Shown one piece after another: positions 15,018 to 23,750 of a stretch of DNA of 27,278 nt. The stretch spans positions 1-27,278 of the IMG/VR virus record IMGVR_UViG_3300029317_000006. One strand, written 5' to 3'. Origin of the DNA: a virus (Duplodnaviria; Caudoviricetes). Each line of letters opens with the position of its first letter. Within the stretch, counting starts at the first letter, position 1. The notes under the pieces were generated by a model. It ran no database searches. It saw only the letters and a list, made by a program, of their open reading frames with translations, and was not told the origin of the DNA. The translations under genes were made by a program, and so were the position numbers.

Positions 15018-18000
15018 TTTAAAACTAGGTATTGTTTTTGATATTAAAAGCGGCAGATTCAAATCTGAAGTTAAAGAAAATACTCAGGCGTTTGATAAGT
15101 TTAGTGCTTCAACCGAACAAGCTGTAACAACGGCCAAGCGTTTCGATAAAAGTTTAGGTCTTTCAAATTTCACCTTAGCTAAAACCAATAAAGTCACTCA
15201 AGCCGTAGGTCGTGGTATTGAGATGATGAAAAAAAAGGTCAAGCAAAACTCTGCTGTTGTGAATGTGTTTGCTAAAGATATACAAGGCGCTGCAAACAAA
15301 GTAAATCAATTTGATCATAATACTAAACGTGCAACTGTTAAGGTGCGTAATCTGGGTTCATCAACTCAAAAAACTGCAAGTCAAACCCGTCAGTTTAATG
15401 CAGCCCTTGACGACACCAATACCAAATTGTTTAAAACCAATAAAGTTGCCTCAAGTGTTAAAAACGCTATTGCGGGTTTAGCCGTTGGCTTTGGTGCTAT
15501 TCAGCTTGGCAAAGGTTTAGTAACTGAATTAGGTGCATTTCAAGATATTCGTACTCGGTTACAAGGGCTTTCTGAGGATGCAGAAGATTATGCAGAGAAA
15601 GAACGCTGGTTAATTGATTTATCAGCCGAGCATCATAAAGAGTTAAATGGTTTAGCTGATGGTTATAGCCGTTTATCAACATTGACCCAAGAAAAAATAA
15701 TTAACGATGGCCAAGCCAGAGCGATGCTTGAAGGATTGTCAAATGCGGCTGCACAAAATGGTGCTGGTACCGCTGATTTAGAGCGCGTTTATTACGGTTT
15801 AGCACAAGCACTTGGTCAAGGTGTTGTGCAAATGCAAGAAGTTAATCAGGTAGTTGAACCCTTACCAGGACTAATGACTAAATTGGCACGTGCTGCAGGT
15901 GAAGAAACTGGGGCTGGTTTTAAAGCGCTCATTGCTTCAGGTGAAGTAACCTCTGAAATGTTCGGGGGGTTATTGGTCAAAGCCCTAACTGAATACGAGG
16001 GTGCTGCTGCTAAAACGGCTGATAATATTAATGCCAAATACCGCGATATTAAACTTGAATATCAATTATTAGCGGTTGAATTAGAGCAACCAATTAATGG
16101 TGCCTTATTGCCAACGCTTGATGGTTTAGCTTCAGGGCTATCATTCCTTAAAAATCATGCTGAAGCTGTCATCACCATTTTACAAGCTGGTCTTGTTATT
16201 GCCGCAGGTCATGCGACTACAGCAATCATAGCGAAAACAACGGCGACAGCTGAAAGCATAATTGCCGCACGTATCAGCACCCAAGCAACAAAAACCCAGT
16301 CTCAAAGTGAATATAATTTAGCCATTGCTTACAAAGCATCTGCCGTGGGTAGTGTACAAAATTCGATTGCAGACAAGCGCCTAATCGCCAGTAAAACGGT
16401 ATTGACTGCTGCGACGAATAAAGCAAACTTCGCCCTTAGAGCAGGTGGTGGTGCTATGGCATTATTAGGAGGTCCGGTAGGTGTTGCTATGTTAGCGGCC
16501 TTCGCTATAGGCACTTTTGCTATGAGCGCTGCTGATGGTGCTAGAGAGAGTACAAACTTAGCAAATAAAGTCAGTTTGGCGGATAAAAAACTGACTGAAT
16601 TAACTACTAAACAATTACGCTTAAGATTATTCGAACTTGAAAACGATCCCGCTGCAGAAATTGACAAAGCTCGCTTAAAAGCACTTAAAGCCCAAGAAGA
16701 ATATAACAAGGTTCAAGCAGAGCGTGGCTTTAAGAACCCAAATAAAGAATCTGAAAAAACAGTCTTGAATCGTGATGTTGAAATTGAAGCATTAGAACTT
16801 AAGCTGTCAAAAATTACCACTTTAAAATCTCAAATAGAGACATTACTAGCCAAACCTTCAGAAGGTCAAAAACCTGATGCACCCACTACCCAAAGTGGCA
16901 AAGTATTAGACGTATTCAAAGACCAAGAAGCCGCTTTTAAAAGACAGCTTAGTTTACTTGGTAAAACCACAGAATTAGCCAAAGCTGAGTATGAGACTCA
17001 GCTAGGTAAATACAAAAACTTATTACCAGGACAAAAGGCAGTCATTGTTAATCTGGCTAAAGAAATTGATGCTAAAAAAGAAAGTGTAGCGACAGACAAA
17101 CAAGCGATTCAACAATCTGAACAACTTGAACAATCAGCACAAACTTATTCCGATACGCTACAGCGAAAATTATCCCTTTCAGGTGAAGTAACTAACGTTC
17201 AACAATTAGCGTATGAGCTAGAAAATGGCAGTTTAATTGGCATTAATGACCAATTAAAAGAGCAATTAATGTTGAAAGCTCAGCTTGCAGATAGAGCTGA
17301 AGCTGATGCTGAAAAGCAAATGCCTTTTTGGGAACAGATGAATGAGCACATTGCGAGTACCACTGAAAACTTTGATGTGATGTGGGGTAATTCGTTTGAC
17401 CGTTTTGCTCAAGGTATTGGTGATGCAACCGCAACGTCCATAATGGAAGGTCAGAGTTTTAGTGATGCCATGAAAAATATTGGTCGCTCAGTTATTAAAG
17501 AAGTGATCTCGGGCATTGTTCAAATTGGCGTTAAAAAACTCGCTCTCTTTGCCATTGAAAAAGTCATTAATAAAGGCACTGCTACCTCAGCGGCTATGGT
17601 GATGTCTGCTAATGCTTCTGCCACTGCCATGCAGGCTGGTTTAGCGACTTTTGCATCTATTTCGGCTATTCCTATTCTTGGCCCTGCAGCTGCACCTGGT
17701 GCAATGACCGCAGCATTAGCGGTGGCAGCACCTATGGCTGGTGCTATTACTGCTGCTTCCGCAGGTATGGCAGGCATGGCCCACGATGGTATAGACGAAA
17801 TCCCCCGCGAAGGCACTTGGTTACTCGATAAAGGTGAGCGTGTTGTAGATAGCCGGACCAACCAAGATTTGAAACAAGCCCTTAAAGGTGGCGGCATGAG
17901 TGGCTCAAAGGTCACGGTTAACTTAATTGAAGATGCGTCGAAAGCTGGCCAAGTTTCGCAAAGCAAAGGCTTAAACAATGAAGATGTTATCCGCATTTTT

Positions 18001-18078
18001 GTCGCTGATATTCGCCAAGGCGGCGACAGTAGCGATGCAATGGAACTCACCTATGGTTTACAACGAGCAGGGGCGTAA
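15007..18078 (+). CDS. Tail tape measure protein
   Basis: 1023 aa, Ala-rich helical; LAQALGQG..Q.QE, LLGGPVG, C-terminal MAHDGIDEIPREGTWLLDKGERV. Confidence 0.93.
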   Translation: MMTDLKLGIVFDIKSGRFKSEVKENTQAFDKFSASTEQAVTTAKRFDKSLGLSNFTLAKTNKVTQAVGRGIEMMKKKVKQNSAVVNVFAKDIQGAANKVNQFDHNTKRATVKVRNLGSSTQKTASQTRQFNAALDDTNTKLFKTNKVASSVKNAIAGLAVGFGAIQLGKGLVTELGAFQDIRTRLQGLSEDAEDYAEKERWLIDLSAEHHKELNGLADGYSRLSTLTQEKIINDGQARAMLEGLSNAAAQNGAGTADLERVYYGLAQALGQGVVQMQEVNQVVEPLPGLMTKLARAAGEETGAGFKALIASGEVTSEMFGGLLVKALTEYEGAAAKTADNINAKYRDIKLEYQLLAVELEQPINGALLPTLDGLASGLSFLKNHAEAVITILQAGLVIAAGHATTAIIAKTTATAESIIAARISTQATKTQSQSEYNLAIAYKASAVGSVQNSIADKRLIASKTVLTAATNKANFALRAGGGAMALLGGPVGVAMLAAFAIGTFAMSAADGARESTNLANKVSLADKKLTELTTKQLRLRLFELENDPAAEIDKARLKALKAQEEYNKVQAERGFKNPNKESEKTVLNRDVEIEALELKLSKITTLKSQIETLLAKPSEGQKPDAPTTQSGKVLDVFKDQEAAFKRQLSLLGKTTELAKAEYETQLGKYKNLLPGQKAVIVNLAKEIDAKKESVATDKQAIQQSEQLEQSAQTYSDTLQRKLSLSGEVTNVQQLAYELENGSLIGINDQLKEQLMLKAQLADRAEADAEKQMPFWEQMNEHIASTTENFDVMWGNSFDRFAQGIGDATATSIMEGQSFSDAMKNIGRSVIKEVISGIVQIGVKKLALFAIEKVINKGTATSAAMVMSANASATAMQAGLATFASISAIPILGPAAAPGAMTAALAVAAPMAGAITAASAGMAGMAHDGIDEIPREGTWLLDKGERVVDSRTNQDLKQALKGGGMSGSKVTVNLIEDASKAGQVSQSKGLNNEDVIRIFVADIRQGGDSSDAMELTYGLQRAGA

Positions 18079-18558
18079 ATGGCTGATTCAATGTTAATTA
18101 AGTACCCGTCTAATTTACCTGCGCCGCTGCTAAATAGTCATGCACTAAAGCAGCAATCAAATTTACTGCGTACAACAATGGACTCTGGCCATGCCCGTGT
18201 TCGTCGTCGTTTCAAATCAGTGCCAACATTCATGACCGCCAGTTGGCGTTGCAATAATGATGATGCTGCAGCATTTGAGGGGTTTATAACTCACGCACTG
18301 CAAGGTGGCGCTGCTTGGTTTTTAATGGAGGTCTTAACCCCACTTGGCATGGTTGAACATGAAGTCCGTTTTATCACTAGTCCATTAGAAGATTACAAGC
18401 CAATTAGCGCTATTTGGTGGGAATATCATGCCAAGATTGAAATTAAACAACGGGCTGTTCTCAGCGAACGACAAACCGCTGAGGCGTTATTAAAACCAAA
18501 TTCAACCACCGAATTTACAGACGGCATAAAAGAAGCTGTTAACAGCTATCAGGAGTAA
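18079..18558 (+). CDS. Putative distal tail protein
   Basis: YP..LPAPL, LLRTTMDSGHARVRRRF; follows the tape measure. Confidence 0.72.
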   Translation: MADSMLIKYPSNLPAPLLNSHALKQQSNLLRTTMDSGHARVRRRFKSVPTFMTASWRCNNDDAAAFEGFITHALQGGAAWFLMEVLTPLGMVEHEVRFITSPLEDYKPISAIWWEYHAKIEIKQRAVLSERQTAEALLKPNSTTEFTDGIKEAVNSYQE

Positions 18559-18564
18559 GAATAC

Positions 18565-21500
18565 ATGAGTACATTTTTTGAGTTAGTGACTAGCCTACAA
18601 TCAAGTATTGACGATTTAGACACGTTACTATCAGGTGGTGAAAATGAAACCGTTAGTATTAACGGTGTGAATAAAAACACCATTTCAAAAGCAATAAAAG
18701 ACAACTTTTCCGCCTTACAAGCCATGATGATTGGCCGCAAGGGTTTTGCTACAAAATTAGCTATGACGGCTAATACCAGCCAACCGACCAACACCATTGC
18801 AGAAGTATACAACGATACCACCGAGGGTAATAACGGCGTTTATGGCTGGACTGGCTCTGCGTGGGTAAAATCTCCTTATGATGTTAATTCGCTATCGGTG
18901 CATTTCAACTATGGTAATGGTGCTAATGAAAATCGTTTTTGGTTTGACAAAGCGACTAAGCGCTCATTGTCTAACGCTGAAAAATTGGCGGTCAATGGCA
19001 TATTAGATATTCAGTTTATTAACCCTGACATTAATTACAGTTATACACTTAGCGTATTAACCAAAAGTGAAACAACGGGGGGCTATGGCAATCGAATTAT
19101 TTTTAACCGTAGTGGTGGCGATAGCTTGCTGGGGGCATTCACTAAACAGTGGGATGGTAGCCCCATCAACCTAAATGGTATTAATCGGCTATCTATTACG
19201 GATACTACATGGGCCGATGAAATAATTATTTTGATTGATTATAGTGTGTTCGCGAACAATTCTGTCGTGTTAAATGGCGCTAACATTAGTATTAGTCCAA
19301 ATAACTACAACTTTGCGCCACCTGAAACGCAGCATAGTAAACACTTTCTTTATCGCACAGGACCCGATGCAGCGCGCATTAAAATAAAGCCAGTCGATGA
19401 TTCAAATTACAAAAAATTAGTGTTTAGCTCCACTGCTATTGCAATGATTAGTTTCTCTAATACAAATGGAAAATATAATCAGTATGTGCAGCTGCCTAAA
19501 AGTTACGAAATAGCCTTTGATGAAAGTTATCAAACTATCGGTATTGATTTGACCTCACCGAACTGGGCGGCGAATAGTGCTATCGACAGTTTAATTAAGG
19601 TCAGTTACAGCGAAACACACCTAAGAAAAGATTTTATCCCTATTGCCAGTGTTTGGAATTATCACGATGAAGAACGGGTTTATATTTATCCTGAATTCAA
19701 TGATTTCTTTGATTTAAGTACTCAACGCACCCAAGATATAAAGCCACTTAAATACCAGTTGTTTAGAACGGGTGATAGCATTACCCGCGCAACACTAACA
19801 GAGGCAACCGATCCCAATTATAAAAAATTGGTGTTTGGCACCGTTGCACCAGGGTTTATTAATCTGAGCAATGTCGGTGATGAATTTGGCGGTTATTTTC
19901 CTTTACCAGTCAATTATGAAATTGAATTTACTGGCAATTATCAAACGATTGGTATCGACCTAACAGACCCAAAATGGGTTGATAATTCTGCTATCCCAAA
20001 CTTAGTTAGTATAGGCTATGACGTAGCAAGTTTACGCAAAGACTTCATACCTATTGCTAGTGTCTGGAATGTACCTGGTCGGGTTTATATTTACCCTGAA
20101 TTCCAAGATTTTTTTAATGTTTCGGGTAATGATGTTTTAACCACGAATCAACAAGTACCGCTTGATAAATCACAAGACTTTACCCAGATAAGAACCCCTG
20201 ACTGCCTTTACGGACAGTTGAGAGATTTCTGGAAGAGCCAAGAGAATGGCGGTGCAAACATCCAAAAACTAAGCGCTTATTCAGGCTTTCGCGGAAAAGT
20301 CCAATCACTCAAACCGACCTCGGATGAGGTTCTGGTTTGGCTTATGAACTCAAGCCCCGACATGCGTATCAAGGTAAGTGAGTTAGATTTAACTAAGCCA
20401 CTATTTGTTCAACTTGATTATAAAATTGTATCAGGTGGCAATATAGCATTGATGAAATATCAACAAGGCTTTCAAACTGGTAAAAAAGTTACAGGAAGTT
20501 TTACACTATTTGATAATGGTCTAATTAACCGCGCCGTAATGGCTTACACGGTGGCTGAATTGGAGCAGTTGGCATTAGGTGGAAATACTTATATTGTCGA
20601 TTATTTTAGCCGCGCTGCGGGTGATTCCGGTGAGATTGTATTTAATAATCTGCATTATTATCAGTCCCATGAACCCGTAACAAACCCTGTTCATCAATCA
20701 GATTTAAAGGTCGCTAATGCTGAGGCGTTAAATAGCGTTTTACTCACTGATGAAATTGTTAAAGAAGCGTTTTCAGGGCTGAGTTCTGGTTCAACTAGTG
20801 ATAAATCGCATAACATAGTGCTTTCTGGCTCGTCTATTACTTGGGGCGATGGTCACTTGGATGGCTCATTTGTTGGTTATGTAGATGAATTTTTTGTTAA
20901 AAACAAAATTGCCGCCACCCTTTTAGATAGCGCCGAAAGCGTTGTTTACTCGGGCTTTACATCGAAACAAATATTTAGCAATGCTATACAGTACAAAGGC
21001 ACAGGCACTAAAATAACGGGCGTTGGCGCTACTGTTGAGTTTGACATAACAGGTAACGAAGTTGCGGTTTGCCATACCTCACTTAGAACGTTAGATTTTG
21101 CCCAAATGAAAGTTAAGGCCGATGGCGTTGTTATTGGTTATTTTGACAACTTTAATCACTCATTAAATGCAGGAAAAACAGACAGCTTTATTGGTAACAA
21201 CAGTGACGTAAAATTCTCATTGTCTAGCCCTATGACATATGGGCACAGTGTAACGGTTGGTGGCGTTAGTAAATCAGGCACGTTATTAACTAGCACTACT
21301 GGCGTATGGGTAGTGCCCGCCGAATATGATTACATTGTGATCCGACAGTTAGACGCTAACGGCGAGCCAACCCACGCAATATGGTTTAAAGACGCACCAG
21401 CGCAAGGCGCGGCAATTGTGGTTAATTATTCTATTGGTCAAGTATTAGGGCACTCATTGAGTACCGTCGGCCAACTTACTGGCGACGATAGCTTAAACGA

Positions 21501-22824
21501 AGCACTTTATGGTAACGGCTCTGTTTCATTCGATCCGGCCAATCCATCTTCAGCGGGATCAGGTATGGAATTTAGAAGCATTGACAAAGACCAATACTTT
21601 ATTCATAAGTTTGCCACTAAAGCGACCCGAAAAATAACCATAGAAATTATCGAGGGTAACAACCCTTATTTTATTTTTGACCATGCAAGCACACGTTTTC
21701 ATAACCTTATGAATGCGGGTATTGGCGGTTGGGCGCTTGCGCATTTGATTAATAACGATAAAGTTAATGATTATCAGCATTTATTTAAAGATTTTATGCC
21801 TGATATTATTATTAACGAATCATCGACCAATGATGATTGGTCATACCCTGATCGCAAGATTAGCCGAACATTAACGGGTGTTTCGCTTACTGACTTGCGA
21901 ACCATGCCCACGTTAGAGCTAGGCGGGGTAACTTATCAAAGCGGCTCGAATGATTATGAAGTTATCGCCAATACTGGCCTTATCAGTGAAGTTAGTAAAT
22001 ATTCGATTACTTCACCGAATATTGTTGGTTCAGCTACGGTAGTAGGCGATCTTATTCGTATAGGTAATTACCACGGCGACAATAAACAAGTCGCGGTTAG
22101 AGTCATTGATACGGTAAATTTAACCACGGGTAAAGTCACATTTAAGCAGCCGTTAAACGCTAAGTTGATATTAAATATTGCTACTTTGGCCGATTTGGTC
22201 GGTGCTGAAATATCGGTACGTGACTTAACGGGATACGCTGATAAATACCGTGATTTAATCACTAAGTGCCGCGCTATTTCGCCCTCGGTTAAAATTGGCA
22301 TTACACAACCTGGCTTATCAAATTACCATACCCGCCAATTATGGGGCTATGAGAATATTCACCGACAGATAGCGTCTGAGTTCCCTAACGTTTTTGTCGT
22401 TGAAATTACTGATTGGTTGCATGAATTTCAAAAGAACAACATATCAGGGGCTATAGAAACCAGTATTGTTTCGACGGGCTTTAGTAGTTATACGTTAGAA
22501 GATGTCGGCCACTGGCAAGGTTTTAAAGTCTTTGTTGATGGTGTTGATGTGTACGGCAAAGATTGTTATATCCAAAGCGGTGGCGGTTACGTTGTTGATC
22601 AAGCTGCTACGGGCGCGAGCAATGATTTTAGTGGTAACAATCAGAAGATTTCTAATGAAAACTTACCAATGAAATTAGTCTTTACTAAAAACCCGCCAAA
22701 CGGCCCTGCAATCAAAATTCAACGGGCTGATTCAGTGTGGTCTAATGATTACGCTCACACCAACCAAACGGGTATTGTAGTTTATGGTCAGGCGTATGCC
22801 GATGCATTAAATAGAGAGCTTTAA
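18565..22824 (+). CDS. Large putative tail spike/receptor-binding protein with split SGNH/GDSL hydrolase domain
   Basis: Spike-anchor-like N-terminus (FATKLAM...AEVYND...NNGVYGWTGSAWVK), beta-rich body, SGNH blocks GSSITWG / NAGIGG / ESSTND / DYAH. Confidence 0.72.
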   Translation: MSTFFELVTSLQSSIDDLDTLLSGGENETVSINGVNKNTISKAIKDNFSALQAMMIGRKGFATKLAMTANTSQPTNTIAEVYNDTTEGNNGVYGWTGSAWVKSPYDVNSLSVHFNYGNGANENRFWFDKATKRSLSNAEKLAVNGILDIQFINPDINYSYTLSVLTKSETTGGYGNRIIFNRSGGDSLLGAFTKQWDGSPINLNGINRLSITDTTWADEIIILIDYSVFANNSVVLNGANISISPNNYNFAPPETQHSKHFLYRTGPDAARIKIKPVDDSNYKKLVFSSTAIAMISFSNTNGKYNQYVQLPKSYEIAFDESYQTIGIDLTSPNWAANSAIDSLIKVSYSETHLRKDFIPIASVWNYHDEERVYIYPEFNDFFDLSTQRTQDIKPLKYQLFRTGDSITRATLTEATDPNYKKLVFGTVAPGFINLSNVGDEFGGYFPLPVNYEIEFTGNYQTIGIDLTDPKWVDNSAIPNLVSIGYDVASLRKDFIPIASVWNVPGRVYIYPEFQDFFNVSGNDVLTTNQQVPLDKSQDFTQIRTPDCLYGQLRDFWKSQENGGANIQKLSAYSGFRGKVQSLKPTSDEVLVWLMNSSPDMRIKVSELDLTKPLFVQLDYKIVSGGNIALMKYQQGFQTGKKVTGSFTLFDNGLINRAVMAYTVAELEQLALGGNTYIVDYFSRAAGDSGEIVFNNLHYYQSHEPVTNPVHQSDLKVANAEALNSVLLTDEIVKEAFSGLSSGSTSDKSHNIVLSGSSITWGDGHLDGSFVGYVDEFFVKNKIAATLLDSAESVVYSGFTSKQIFSNAIQYKGTGTKITGVGATVEFDITGNEVAVCHTSLRTLDFAQMKVKADGVVIGYFDNFNHSLNAGKTDSFIGNNSDVKFSLSSPMTYGHSVTVGGVSKSGTLLTSTTGVWVVPAEYDYIVIRQLDANGEPTHAIWFKDAPAQGAAIVVNYSIGQVLGHSLSTVGQLTGDDSLNEALYGNGSVSFDPANPSSAGSGMEFRSIDKDQYFIHKFATKATRKITIEIIEGNNPYFIFDHASTRFHNLMNAGIGGWALAHLINNDKVNDYQHLFKDFMPDIIINESSTNDDWSYPDRKISRTLTGVSLTDLRTMPTLELGGVTYQSGSNDYEVIANTGLISEVSKYSITSPNIVGSATVVGDLIRIGNYHGDNKQVAVRVIDTVNLTTGKVTFKQPLNAKLILNIATLADLVGAEISVRDLTGYADKYRDLITKCRAISPSVKIGITQPGLSNYHTRQLWGYENIHRQIASEFPNVFVVEITDWLHEFQKNNISGAIETSIVSTGFSSYTLEDVGHWQGFKVFVDGVDVYGKDCYIQSGGGYVVDQAATGASNDFSGNNQKISNENLPMKLVFTKNPPNGPAIKIQRADSVWSNDYAHTNQTGIVVYGQAYADALNREL
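19351..20115 (+). repeat. Intragenic tandem duplication of an ~120-aa module (19351-19710 and 19762-20115)
   Basis: Both copies contain RTG, NYKKLVF, YQTIGIDLT.P.W, LRKDFIPIASVWN and RVYIYPEF.DFF. Confidence 0.92.
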
Positions 22825-22825
22825 C

Positions 22826-23338
22826 ATGAGCAAGGTACTTCAAACCCTGTACGCTTCTGCACCCGTGAATGACCTAATACACCATACTTTAGAATTAATA
22901 AACCCTGATTTCAATGTTGAGGGGCACATACCAGGCTCGGTTCGTTTAGGGCAAGGTTTTGATGATATTACCGCAGGGTTAGAAGATGCCAGTATTGTTA
23001 CTTTTAAACAATCAGGGTTTGGTGTGTCATTGCCGCAAAAATCAATTAAAGGCCGTCAAGATTTAAGTTTCACCATTGATAATGTCACGGGTGAAGTGCT
23101 TAAAGCTATTGACGCAGCAATTGAGGGTGGTGAAAAAATCACTGTTATTTATCGTGCTTATGCGGGTAGTGATTTAAGCGCACCAGGTCAACCGCCTATT
23201 GTTATGACAGCAACAGCAATTAAGGCTGATTTTTCTTCCGTTAGTATTAGTGCAAGCTTTCATGATTTAGTTAATAAAGCGTGGCCGTTTCGACGGTACA
23301 CACCAACCTTTGCCCCGGGGCTTAAATATTATGGTTAA
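22826..23338 (+). CDS. Tail tip protein (DUF1833-like)
   Basis: L..LYASAP, HTLEL, QDLSFTIDNVTG, YRAY...DLSAP, WP..RYT...PGLKY. Confidence 0.78.
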   Translation: MSKVLQTLYASAPVNDLIHHTLELINPDFNVEGHIPGSVRLGQGFDDITAGLEDASIVTFKQSGFGVSLPQKSIKGRQDLSFTIDNVTGEVLKAIDAAIEGGEKITVIYRAYAGSDLSAPGQPPIVMTATAIKADFSSVSISASFHDLVNKAWPFRRYTPTFAPGLKYYG

Positions 23339-23750
23339 TTTTAACGAAATGGCCCATTGGGCAGATAGTTACTTAACAGTTCCTTATATTGACGGTGGCC
23401 GTGATGCCACCGCTGGCCTTGATTGTTGGGGGTTGGTGCGTGATGTATTGCACCAACATTTCAACTTACCTTTATTAAAAGACTTTGGCGGTATTCATGC
23501 CGATGATAAAGCTAATATGACGCGCGCTTATCGTGTTGTTAAAAATTCTTTTTCACCGTGTGCCCCATCGTCAGGTGCTATCGTCGCAGGCTTTAATGGT
23601 GAAACATTGATTCATGTAGGCGTAGTTATTGAAAACAATGGCTTAAAAATACTTCATACCAGTAGCAAGCATGGCATGAGTAAATGCAGCGTCCGACAAT
23701 TTAACCGTCTATTTTTACAAGTGAAATACTATGCTTACAATTCAAAATGA
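23331..23750 (+). CDS. NlpC/P60-family tail assembly protein
   Basis: PYIDGGRD..GLDCWGLVR, HVGV, ILHT; start probably ATG 23331 or 23349. Confidence 0.85.
   Translation: MVNFNEMAHWADSYLTVPYIDGGRDATAGLDCWGLVRDVLHQHFNLPLLKDFGGIHADDKANMTRAYRVVKNSFSPCAPSSGAIVAGFNGETLIHVGVVIENNGLKILHTSSKHGMSKCSVRQFNRLFLQVKYYAYNSK

Noticed and set aside
15229-15236. A8 run in the tape measure gene as a phase-variation tract
   Set aside because: The ORF is intact, the run encodes KKK, and A8 is unremarkable in AT-rich DNA
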